From: an uncultured SAR86 cluster bacterium
GTDB taxonomy: Bacteria > Pseudomonadota > Gammaproteobacteria > Magnimaribacterales > D2472
Length of the DNA: 64,000 nucleotides
Reading direction: 5' to 3'
NCBI GenBank assembly: GCA_902608115.1
Contig: CACLMT010000002.1
Span: 31,767-95,766 of the forward strand
Under the pieces are notes generated by a model. The model ran no database searches and was not told where the DNA came from. It worked only from the letters and a program-made list of their open reading frames with translations. A program made the position numbers and the translations under genes. Shown here piece after piece: positions 18,279 to 26,567 of the stretch. Every line of letters starts with the position of its first letter. Within the stretch, counting starts at the first letter, position 1.

Positions 18279-19400
18279 TTATTGAACCGTCCCAAAAGCG
18301 AGCTCTGTTACTTCAAATAATGCTGTATTTAAATCTGACATTATCTCACCACTTTCTGTTTGAGTTATTTCTAATTTTCTATTGATGCGGTCTAGTTCGT
18401 TTTGAGGAATGCTATCTAGATCGTCTCGATATAATAAGTATAAATCAGCTATATCTAGGTGAAGCTGTATGACATCAGTTGTATTATTTATATAACTTTT
18501 TGCAAGATATTCTATTGCAGAGATTTTTGGAGAGAAATGACTTATTGAATCATCAAGAGCAACAAGCTGATTCAAGGTTTCTATAAAAGATTTTAGATTT
18601 ATAAAAATCTCACGTTTTATTTGATTATATTCTTCATATTTAACTGTTACTCCTTGGTGAATCTTTGAAACAATATCTGGATTTAATTTTTCAGTACTTA
18701 AATGAAAAGCTTGAAGTCTTGTTGTGTCTGCAAGAAATTTTGCTCCATAAATTTCAATATCAATAATAATTTTAGATAAGTTAAAATCTGGCAAATATAG
18801 TTTATTTAATTCAAGGTTTTCTGCAATCAATAATACAAAGTCAGCACTCAGGAAGTATGATTTAGCTGAGAGTTGATCATATTGATAGTAATCTTGCTCG
18901 ATAATTATCTTTATTTGATTTTCAGATATTTCTGCAAGTTGTTTCATATGGTCATCAAGCTTCTGAATTAGCTGATAGCTTGCTTTATATAGCGGCATAT
19001 AAACTTTAATGCCTGAAGAAGATTTTAATTTTATGTTATTAAATTCTTTTTGAAATTTATTTTGTTCTCTATAAATTCTATCTTGTAGTATCTCAAGACT
19101 TTCAAACATCTGTTGTTCAGATATCTTGTCGCTATAAAAATCATTTGTAAGAAGATAATTAATTTCATACTGAAGAGTATTTTGGTAAGCAACAGCATCT
19201 ACTGCTTTTTGAAAAATTAATACAAAAGTCTGCATTTCTTTTCTTGATATTGGATTTTCCATTATCTCTCCAATTTCTTCTAAGGTTAGCTCTTTAATAT
19301 CAGCTTTAATTAGCTCTGAAAAAGGAATTAATAAAATTATAAACAGTGAAAAAGCAAGAGTTTTTTTAAAGATTTTGTTTTTTGATAGCATATATTGCAT
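18279..19400 (-). CDS. Hypothetical exported alpha-helical protein
   Basis: 373 aa, N-terminal signal/TM segment, amphipathic acidic helices; divergent from the caspase gene with a 29-bp gap. Confidence 0.6.
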   Translation of the reverse strand: MQYMLSKNKIFKKTLAFSLFIILLIPFSELIKADIKELTLEEIGEIMENPISRKEMQTFVLIFQKAVDAVAYQNTLQYEINYLLTNDFYSDKISEQQMFESLEILQDRIYREQNKFQKEFNNIKLKSSSGIKVYMPLYKASYQLIQKLDDHMKQLAEISENQIKIIIEQDYYQYDQLSAKSYFLSADFVLLIAENLELNKLYLPDFNLSKIIIDIEIYGAKFLADTTRLQAFHLSTEKLNPDIVSKIHQGVTVKYEEYNQIKREIFINLKSFIETLNQLVALDDSISHFSPKISAIEYLAKSYINNTTDVIQLHLDIADLYLLYRDDLDSIPQNELDRINRKLEITQTESGEIMSDLNTALFEVTELAFGTVQ

Positions 19401-19429
19401 AATTAATACTACTCTATTAATTGAAATAA

Positions 19430-21430
19430 ATGAAAAAGTATTCCTTTTTTATAGTTTTAAGTCTATTTTCAGTATGGGTATTCTCTAATGAGAATTATCA
19501 GTGTGATGCTGTTGATGATGACTTAACTGGGCTTGTTTGTATTTCATCTGATAAGAAATATTCAACGGTTTCAAAATTAACTCAACTAGGCTCAACCTAT
19601 AATGCCTCTATAACATTTCCTGATGATGGTGATACCTGGGAAGTTGAGGTCAATCAATCCAACATTAAAATTTCCATGAATGATGATGAATCATTTTTTG
19701 GCAAAATTAAAAATAAAAGAATTTTTGGCACCTTGGTTAGAAAAAACTTTTCAAGGACTGATGCTGAGCTTGTAGGATCTGGAATGACGGGTGAGGCAGA
19801 TATTTTCTATGATAATGGAGATACCTTTAAAGGAAGGATAAAAGATAATCTTCGAGAAGGATTGGGCGTATATACTTTTGCTTTGCTTGATGGACAAGAA
19901 AATCCAGAATTTACAGAGTGTATTTATAAAGAAGATGAATGCCAAACAGGAAAATATTACTTCGATACTGGAACAACATATCAAGGCGACTTTGAGGATG
20001 GGTTTTTCCATGGCGAGGGTGTTTACCGATATAATCATGGCGCGATCTATACAGGAACGTTTGCTTATGATTCCAGAAGAGGATATGGGGAATATTTTTA
20101 TGAAGAGGGGTCAAAACTATCGCACTACAAGGGATATTACATAGATAATAAACAACATGGCCCTGGTGAAACTATGTGGTCTGGAGATGGAATACCTGGT
20201 TACGGTGATCGTCTTATTAAATATCACGTTGGTCAATACAAAGATGGAGAAATGACTGGTCAAGGTGTTTTTTTAGATTTTGAAAAAAGAATTATTTATC
20301 AAGGAAATCTCCTGGAAGGTTCCAGGCATGGTGCAGGCACAACTTTTTTGCAAGATGAGGAGGGTAGGCTTTTTTCACATAGTGGTAACTATAAAGATGA
20401 TCTTCTTAACGGTTTTGGGAAAATACATTATTCAGATGGAGCAACATTTGAAGGCAATTATTCAGAAGGACAACGAAGTGGTCTTGGAGTTTTGATTGAT
20501 CCAATTATAAGCACAGTTAGTACAGGGATTTTTTCGAATGGCGAACTAAATGGCATGGGAAAGGAAGAGGTATTTAATGCAGATGGAAGTTCTGCATTTG
20601 TTTTAGAAATTAACTTTCTTAATGGAGAGAAGCATGGGCGTGGACTAGTTACTTTCAATGATGGTTCAACTTTTTATGCTAGATATATTGATGGTGAGTA
20701 TCAAGGGGAGCTGGAAGAATTACAGGATCCCCCAGTACCCATAAATGATAGATTAGCTTTAGTAATAGGTAATGATAATTATTTAAGCAGTCCCTTAAAT
20801 AATGCTGTTTCGGATTCTATTGGAATATCGGATCAACTTAAAAAGTCAGGATTTGAAGTGATTTATGTTTCCAATGCTACTTATGAATTATTTCAAAAGG
20901 CAATTAGCGAATTTAGAAATAGATTAGAATTAATGGGTCCAACAACAACTGCTCTTTTTTATTACGCTGGACATGCTGCTCAAGTTGATGGAATAAATTA
21001 TCTTAACCCTATTGATTCTGAGATATCTAGTAAATTTGAACTATATACAAAAGCTATAAATATGAATGATATTTTCTCCGTCGTTTCAGAACATGTTGAT
21101 AGGGTAAAAATTGTTATTTTAGACGCTTGTCGAAATAACCCATATCCTAGTTTTATCAGGTCAGCATCAACTGGATTAGCACAAATGACTGCTCCAGACG
21201 GAACAATTATTGGCTACTCCACCAGTCCAGGCAAAGTATCCCTAGATGGAGAAATAAACGGTTATGGAATTTATACTGGAAATTTAATAAGTGCTATGAA
21301 TGTTCCTGGGAGAACTATTGAAGAAGTTTTTAAGGAAACTACAAGAGCAGTTAAAACTTTAACAAATAATAAACAAGTTCCTTACACATCCACTACTTTA
21401 TCAGGTAATTTTTATTTTATAGAAGATTAA
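19430..21430 (+). CDS. Secreted MORN-repeat protein with C-terminal caspase-family (peptidase C14) domain
   Basis: Signal peptide; many Y.G.F..G..HG.G MORN repeats; ALVIGNDNY, YYAGHA (His) and ILDACRN (Cys) dyad intact. Confidence 0.9.
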   Translation: MKKYSFFIVLSLFSVWVFSNENYQCDAVDDDLTGLVCISSDKKYSTVSKLTQLGSTYNASITFPDDGDTWEVEVNQSNIKISMNDDESFFGKIKNKRIFGTLVRKNFSRTDAELVGSGMTGEADIFYDNGDTFKGRIKDNLREGLGVYTFALLDGQENPEFTECIYKEDECQTGKYYFDTGTTYQGDFEDGFFHGEGVYRYNHGAIYTGTFAYDSRRGYGEYFYEEGSKLSHYKGYYIDNKQHGPGETMWSGDGIPGYGDRLIKYHVGQYKDGEMTGQGVFLDFEKRIIYQGNLLEGSRHGAGTTFLQDEEGRLFSHSGNYKDDLLNGFGKIHYSDGATFEGNYSEGQRSGLGVLIDPIISTVSTGIFSNGELNGMGKEEVFNADGSSAFVLEINFLNGEKHGRGLVTFNDGSTFYARYIDGEYQGELEELQDPPVPINDRLALVIGNDNYLSSPLNNAVSDSIGISDQLKKSGFEVIYVSNATYELFQKAISEFRNRLELMGPTTTALFYYAGHAAQVDGINYLNPIDSEISSKFELYTKAINMNDIFSVVSEHVDRVKIVILDACRNNPYPSFIRSASTGLAQMTAPDGTIIGYSTSPGKVSLDGEINGYGIYTGNLISAMNVPGRTIEEVFKETTRAVKTLTNNKQVPYTSTTLSGNFYFIED

Positions 21431-21437
21431 TTTTCTT

Positions 21438-21466
21438 TGTAACAAAACTCTCTCTTGCTCGTAGTA
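21438..21466 (+). promoter_or_regulatory. ECF sigma-type promoter P1
   Basis: TGTAAC-N16-CGTAGTA. Confidence 0.7.
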
Positions 21467-21510
21467 TTTATATAAGGCAATTACGCTTTGTATGTAAAAA
21501 GGAAAATTCT

Positions 21511-21831
21511 ATGAAAAAACTACTTTTAACAACCATGATCGCTTTTGGATCAATGGGGGCTCAAGCAAGCTATAACTACTTAAACTCATACACCTATGGA
21601 AATAATACAAGTACCTACGGTCAAGTTGGTGGTAACAGTGTCAACTTATCAACCTCTAGATATGGAAATAATATATCTACCTATGGAAGTATTGGTAGCA
21701 GCTCTGTAAATATTTATAGCAACAGCTATGGCAACACTACATCCACATATGGCAATGTAGGATCTTCTAGAATTAATGGCCAAAGTTCTACTTACGGGAA
21801 TTCAACAAATTCTTGGTGGACTATAGACTAA
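21511..21831 (+). CDS. Secreted S/N/G/T/Y-rich protein with 22-aa repeats (amyloid-like or beta-repeat)
   Basis: AAGGA RBS; signal peptide ending AQA; YGN at residues 29, 51, 73 and 95. Confidence 0.75.
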   Translation: MKKLLLTTMIAFGSMGAQASYNYLNSYTYGNNTSTYGQVGGNSVNLSTSRYGNNISTYGSIGSSSVNIYSNSYGNTTSTYGNVGSSRINGQSSTYGNSTNSWWTID

Positions 21832-21840
21832 TTAATTTTT

Positions 21841-21874
21841 TATACATGCCCTTGATTACTCGAGGGTATGTATA
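21841..21874 (+). terminator. Hairpin after the repeat-protein gene (terminator or mRNA stabiliser)
   Basis: TATACATGCCCTTGA-TTAC-TCGAGGGTATGTATA, 15-bp stem with two G-U pairs. Confidence 0.6.
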
Positions 21875-21910
21875 TTTCAAATAGATAGATAAATATGCAA
21901 GAATACCTTA

Positions 21911-22384
21911 ATGACAAATTTCGAAAGTATGCTTTTTTCAGACGGTCTGAGGGTTAAGCTTATGAATATTGCCATGTCTAGAACTTTCAATCGATTCGAT
22001 GCTGAGGACCTTGTGCAAACCACGTACCTCAAAGCAATTGAGAAACAAGATCAGTTTTCTGGTGAAAAGATAGATCCCTGGATTGTTACTATCTTGAAAA
22101 ATACATTTATTGATTCAACACGCAAGAAAAAACCGGATCTTCCGGGTGATGATCTACCAGAACTGACAGAAGATGGCGATCAGGAAAACACCTTACTAGA
22201 GAGAGACCGTGATATGTGCTTTGAAAAACTTGATGAGGTAGAAAGGGATGTCATTGCCATGAAACAAACAATGAGTTATAAGGAAATTGCTGATTTTCTT
22301 CAAATAAAAGCAAGTTCAGTGCGAGTAAAGCTATTGCGAGCAAAAGAAAAATTTATGATTTGTATGGATTTTGATAATGACTGA
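21911..22384 (+). CDS. ECF (sigma-70 group 4) RNA polymerase sigma factor
   Basis: DAEDLVQTTYLKA (region 2), W...ILKN.FID..RK, SYKEIA...SVRVKLLRA (region 4). Confidence 0.92.
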   Translation: MTNFESMLFSDGLRVKLMNIAMSRTFNRFDAEDLVQTTYLKAIEKQDQFSGEKIDPWIVTILKNTFIDSTRKKKPDLPGDDLPELTEDGDQENTLLERDRDMCFEKLDEVERDVIAMKQTMSYKEIADFLQIKASSVRVKLLRAKEKFMICMDFDND

Positions 22385-23036
22385 TCAAGATAAAATTTTA
22401 ATCATGTCCTATTTGGATAATGAGCTTGATGCGAAAGAAATCTCTGAGATTGAATTATTAATTGCTAGCGATTCAGATGCTCAAGATTATCTCAATCAAC
22501 TTAAAATGACCAATAATGAGGTGGATGCGTTTTTTAACTCTGATGATATGAAGCTACTAGATGCTTCTATATCTGAATTTGTTGAAAGCTTTAAACCGAA
22601 ACAAGCAGCATCTTTTGTAAATTTTAGCAATGTTCTTGCAGGCTTCTTTACTCCCAAACAAGCTCTAAGCTACTCATTTACAGCTGCACTTTTTTTAGTA
22701 GTAGGTTTATTTTTTCAAGATCTTACCTATAAAGAAATATTATTTGATTTGAATGGTGATATTTATGAAAAACAAGTTTTTATTACAAGGGGCGTAAGTG
22801 TTAATGTTGGCCTCAAAGATGAAATACATGCAATGATCTATGAAATGGTTCAAAACAATTCTCCTGAAGGTAATTTAACCTATGGTTCGAGTGTTTATGC
22901 TATATTTCTTGAAGATAAAACCATTGAAACAGATTCTTTAAATTGTTATGCAGGCCAGTATTTTATTGCGGGAGAAAACCAAGAATTCATTTTCTGCGAA
23001 TCCCAGCAGGACACTTCTCTTATTTTTATTAATTAG
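22371..23036 (+). CDS. Putative membrane-bound anti-sigma factor
   Basis: Overlaps the sigma gene; N-terminal LIMSYLDNELD anti-sigma-domain motif, one TM helix, small extracytoplasmic domain with a Cys pair. Confidence 0.8.
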   Translation: MIMTDQDKILIMSYLDNELDAKEISEIELLIASDSDAQDYLNQLKMTNNEVDAFFNSDDMKLLDASISEFVESFKPKQAASFVNFSNVLAGFFTPKQALSYSFTAALFLVVGLFFQDLTYKEILFDLNGDIYEKQVFITRGVSVNVGLKDEIHAMIYEMVQNNSPEGNLTYGSSVYAIFLEDKTIETDSLNCYAGQYFIAGENQEFIFCESQQDTSLIFIN

Positions 23037-23152
23037 TTTTTCGTATTCACACCTCCTTACTTTTCAAGAGGCTTTACCTATAGCTGATAATCGTTACATT
23101 AATCATTTTGTTGTTTAAGGAGATACATTGCTTATAGCATTTTATAAACTTC

Positions 23153-23178
23153 TGTAACATTCATACTTAACAACCGTT
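23153..23178 (+). promoter_or_regulatory. ECF sigma-type promoter P2
   Basis: TGTAAC-N16-CGTT. Confidence 0.55.
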
Positions 23179-23214
23179 CAACTCATGTAAACAGAGGATT
23201 GCAACGAAAGTTTA

Positions 23215-23243
23215 AGTAACAAACTCACTCTTTAATCGTAGTA
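23215..23243 (+). promoter_or_regulatory. ECF sigma-type promoter P3
   Basis: AGTAAC-N16-CGTAGTA, followed by GGAG RBS and ATG at 23267. Confidence 0.7.
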
Positions 23244-23266
23244 AGCCTATACATGGAGTATTAAAT

Positions 23267-24835
23267 ATGAAATTTTTAACAAAACAATCTTCTTCACACA
23301 TGCTATATGTATTTGCATGGTCTTTAGAAATAATCTTATGCCTATGTGGTATTTTAATTGCATTTACTTTGTCATACCTTGGTATGGTCAGCTTAGAAGG
23401 TGATCAACAATTTTCCCAAGCCCAGTATTTAACTATGGGGATTGCTTTTTTACCGCTTTTTGCTATTGCCTTAACTGAGCTATTAAAGATTCCAGCAGTA
23501 ACAGGATTTGTCTATGCAAAGTCTTTAAAAACAAAGTTAATAGCAGGATTTTTTCTCTTAGCGGTGTGTATTCTCACTTTTGAAACTATGTTTTCTGGTC
23601 AGGAGCAAGCTTTTGCCTTAAGAACAGAGCAAATCAAAGTAGAGAAGGAGGATGAAAATCGAATAGTTGAAAAAATGCAACTTATTGATAGTCAAGTTGA
23701 GTCAATCTCAGGATTATCGCTTGCACAAATTAGAAAGCACTCAAGCAATGGACTAAAGATCCAATTACAACCACTCGAAACTCAAATTACGGAACTGCGA
23801 GTTCGTGAAAATGAATTAAAGATCTCAATGAATCCAGCAGAAATTGAAGAACAAAAAAGGCAAATTAATAATCTTGAAAAAAACAAAGATAGATTGTTTG
23901 TTCAATATCAACAAGAATTAAACAGTTTGAATTCTGCGCTTAATCAACTGAATAAAAATGAGCAAAATGAATTAAAAGACACTATCATCTTCAAAAATTC
24001 TATTAGAAAAAAATATTCAGATCAAAGAGCTGGGTTAAAAGCAGAAAAAGCAGCTCTAAAATTGGCTCTTGATACAAAAGTTAAATCAATAGATACAAAA
24101 ATATCTACTGCTGATAATCTAATTGCAGATTACAGTAAACCAAACCCTAAAGTGATAGCTGATCTTAATATCGTTAGTGCACAGATATTAGCACTACAAC
24201 AAGAAATCAAATTAAGAATTGATAAAGCCAATAAAGAAGTAGATGTAACCCTTGCTAATACATCTTCTAATAAACTAAGAATCAATCAATTGCAATTGTC
24301 CAAAGTAGAGTTGGGCGCAGAATTAAATTCTGTTAGAGATAGTATTGCTTCACGTTCAAATAAATCAAACATTCATAGGTTGGCTGCCTTGTATTATGGT
24401 ATAGATAATCCGGCTGACCTCTCACAGGAAGATATTTCTATTTTCGCATTGATATTCATGGCTAGCATTGCATTTGTGGTCGCTGTAGCAGGCCCCCTTA
24501 TTGCTTTTATATCTCTTAGAAATTACGTTGAGGGAGATGCACCTAAGCCTAATAAAACAGCTTTGGCAATTAGAAAGGCTGCTGTAGCTTTAAGAAGAAG
24601 ACTGCTTAAGCCTAAAGTTATTACCAAAATTAATGAGGTTGAAGTTGAAAAAGAAATTATTAAAGAAATACCAGTTGAAAAGGTTGTTTATGAAAAGGTA
24701 GAGGTGCCAACACCATTTGAGGTTACTAAATTTGTCGGTGTTCCTGTACCCACTGATCCTAAAGATCTTCCTTCGCCGCCAGAAATAGACGTCGAGAAGG
24801 TCAATAACTTATTAGATCAAGGGGAAGCAGCATGA
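23267..24835 (+). CDS. Membrane protein with long coiled coil and VEK-rich C-terminal tail
   Basis: 3 N-terminal TM helices, ~250-aa heptad-rich region, a further TM helix, then EVEVEKEIIKEIPVEKVVYEKVEVP. Confidence 0.75.
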   Translation: MKFLTKQSSSHMLYVFAWSLEIILCLCGILIAFTLSYLGMVSLEGDQQFSQAQYLTMGIAFLPLFAIALTELLKIPAVTGFVYAKSLKTKLIAGFFLLAVCILTFETMFSGQEQAFALRTEQIKVEKEDENRIVEKMQLIDSQVESISGLSLAQIRKHSSNGLKIQLQPLETQITELRVRENELKISMNPAEIEEQKRQINNLEKNKDRLFVQYQQELNSLNSALNQLNKNEQNELKDTIIFKNSIRKKYSDQRAGLKAEKAALKLALDTKVKSIDTKISTADNLIADYSKPNPKVIADLNIVSAQILALQQEIKLRIDKANKEVDVTLANTSSNKLRINQLQLSKVELGAELNSVRDSIASRSNKSNIHRLAALYYGIDNPADLSQEDISIFALIFMASIAFVVAVAGPLIAFISLRNYVEGDAPKPNKTALAIRKAAVALRRRLLKPKVITKINEVEVEKEIIKEIPVEKVVYEKVEVPTPFEVTKFVGVPVPTDPKDLPSPPEIDVEKVNNLLDQGEAA

Positions 24836-25734
24836 ATGCGGCAATTTATGATTCAAGTGCCGTTGATGTATACATCCTAGAGCAAATTAAAAGGGAGCAA
24901 GAAATCACCAGAACTCGATCAATAGAAAACTTTGCTAAAGAGGCTCCTTTTTTACTATTACTCTGGGGTGGTCGGCTATTAGCAATTGGTTTATTAGTCC
25001 TTTGTATTGGATATGCAATTAAATTAGCTCTCAGCTGGCATCATATTGATGAAACTATTAATTCTTACCCATCTCCTTCTGTTCATACCGGATATCAAAC
25101 AGATGCAATCAGCAAAGAGGATACTGTATTTGATGTGGAAGCAATCCTTTCAGGAACTAACGGAAATAATCAAAGTAGGGGATCAATATCAAATCCAGCG
25201 GAGATTACCAAAGACAGTCCGTTGCCAATAACATCAGTTGAACAAGGTAACGTTCAAGATAGTAATGGGCCTGCTTCAGATGTTATTGAGTCTGGTATTG
25301 ATAGTTCTTTTTCTGGGCCATCATTGGATCATGATAATAGTCAAAGCTCATCGAATACAGAGTCACAACAATCAATTCAAAGCAATCCAGAATTGAAAAC
25401 TACTCAAGAGCATGAAATGGATAATAAAAATAATATTGCACCACCAGAAGAAGATACTATTAGACATTATACGGTTTTTGATCGAATTCCCTTTGACGGT
25501 AAGTCTATTAAAACAGTAATAGTTGGAAGGAAGTTTAATGAACCCGGTGGGCCGCTGATAGAAAAATATTGTTATTTCAAAGTTCCAAAGTCTAAGGATA
25601 TTTACGATTCAATTTATTTCATAAGAGATACTTCTAAAGGTAGGCACGAACTCCCAATTACACAGAATTTATCAAAATTTCTAAAAATAGAGTATCAAGA
25701 ATTATTAGATGCCAAATCAAAATGCAAAATTTAA
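24832..25734 (+). CDS. Hypothetical single-pass membrane protein with low-complexity linker
   Basis: ATGA overlap with the upstream gene; TM segment, S/Q/N-rich linker, C-terminal domain with 2 Cys. Confidence 0.65.
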   Translation: MNAAIYDSSAVDVYILEQIKREQEITRTRSIENFAKEAPFLLLLWGGRLLAIGLLVLCIGYAIKLALSWHHIDETINSYPSPSVHTGYQTDAISKEDTVFDVEAILSGTNGNNQSRGSISNPAEITKDSPLPITSVEQGNVQDSNGPASDVIESGIDSSFSGPSLDHDNSQSSSNTESQQSIQSNPELKTTQEHEMDNKNNIAPPEEDTIRHYTVFDRIPFDGKSIKTVIVGRKFNEPGGPLIEKYCYFKVPKSKDIYDSIYFIRDTSKGRHELPITQNLSKFLKIEYQELLDAKSKCKI

Positions 25735-26375
25735 AAAAATATTTTTTACTTAGCTTTGTATTTCTTCTTGCAGTTCAAGGCTTTGCTGATGGTACGCAGA
25801 TTTATAATGCTAAGGTTGATGGAGTAGTTTTAATTCTTGGAGAGGGTGGTTTAGCCTCGGGTGCAATTATTAGCAAAGAAGGTCATATTCTTACAAATTG
25901 GCATGCTGTTTATGGGAATGAAAATATGAATATTTTTATTCTAGGAGTGGGTGAGGTTGAAGATAATACCTATCAAGCTCAAGTTTTAAAACTGAGCCAA
26001 TCACAAGATTTAGCACTATTAAAAATAATAAACCCACCCAGAAATCTTAATGTCCTTAGATTAAGCAAAGTTATTCCTCAAATTGGATCAGCAGTTCATG
26101 CTATTGGTCATCCTCAGGGTGAGATCTGGACATATGGCCACGGTTATATCAGTCAACACAGAGATAACTATGAATGGAGTTACAAAGATTCTGATGAAAT
26201 TTTCACTGCTGATGTATACCAGATGGATGCTCCTATCTATGAAGGTAATTCAGGAGGACCTTTATTGAACAAATTTGGAAATATTGTCGGCATTAATTCA
26301 TTTGGCTATCAGAATAAACAGGGTTTGAATTATGCAGTCAGCGTCAAAGAGATTATTAAATTTTTAGCAAATTAA
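25722..26375 (+). CDS. Secreted trypsin-like serine protease (S1, no PDZ domain)
   Basis: Signal peptide; LTNWHA (His), DLALL (Asp), GNSGGPL (Ser). Confidence 0.9.
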   Translation: MQNLKKYFLLSFVFLLAVQGFADGTQIYNAKVDGVVLILGEGGLASGAIISKEGHILTNWHAVYGNENMNIFILGVGEVEDNTYQAQVLKLSQSQDLALLKIINPPRNLNVLRLSKVIPQIGSAVHAIGHPQGEIWTYGHGYISQHRDNYEWSYKDSDEIFTADVYQMDAPIYEGNSGGPLLNKFGNIVGINSFGYQNKQGLNYAVSVKEIIKFLAN

Positions 26376-26384
26376 ATAATTATT

Positions 26385-26413
26385 TGTAACAAACTTATTT
26401 ATCAATCGTAATA
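26385..26413 (+). promoter_or_regulatory. ECF sigma-type promoter P4
   Basis: TGTAAC-N16-CGTAATA. Confidence 0.7.
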
Positions 26414-26416
26414 ATT

Positions 26417-26541
26417 AGGTAGTTGGTTAGAAATTAACCTCCCACTAATCGACTCAAGGGCTGGTGAAATTCCAGATAAATAGCGAGCTAGATTTATAAC
26501 ACTATTTCTCCTACCTGTTATAGCTCGCTGTTTCGGTGGGA
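26417..26541 (+). other. Structured 5' leader or candidate ncRNA downstream of P4
   Basis: Nested stems TCCCAC/GTGGGA, AAATAGCGAGCTA/TAGCTCGCTGTTT, CTGG/CCAG, plus GGTTA/TAACC. Confidence 0.5.
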
Positions 26542-26567
26542 TAAAAAAATTTAAACAAAGAAATTAC

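Noticed and set aside
23070-23098. Reverse-strand TGTAAC as a fifth ECF promoter
   Set aside because: No CGT at the 16-nt spacing
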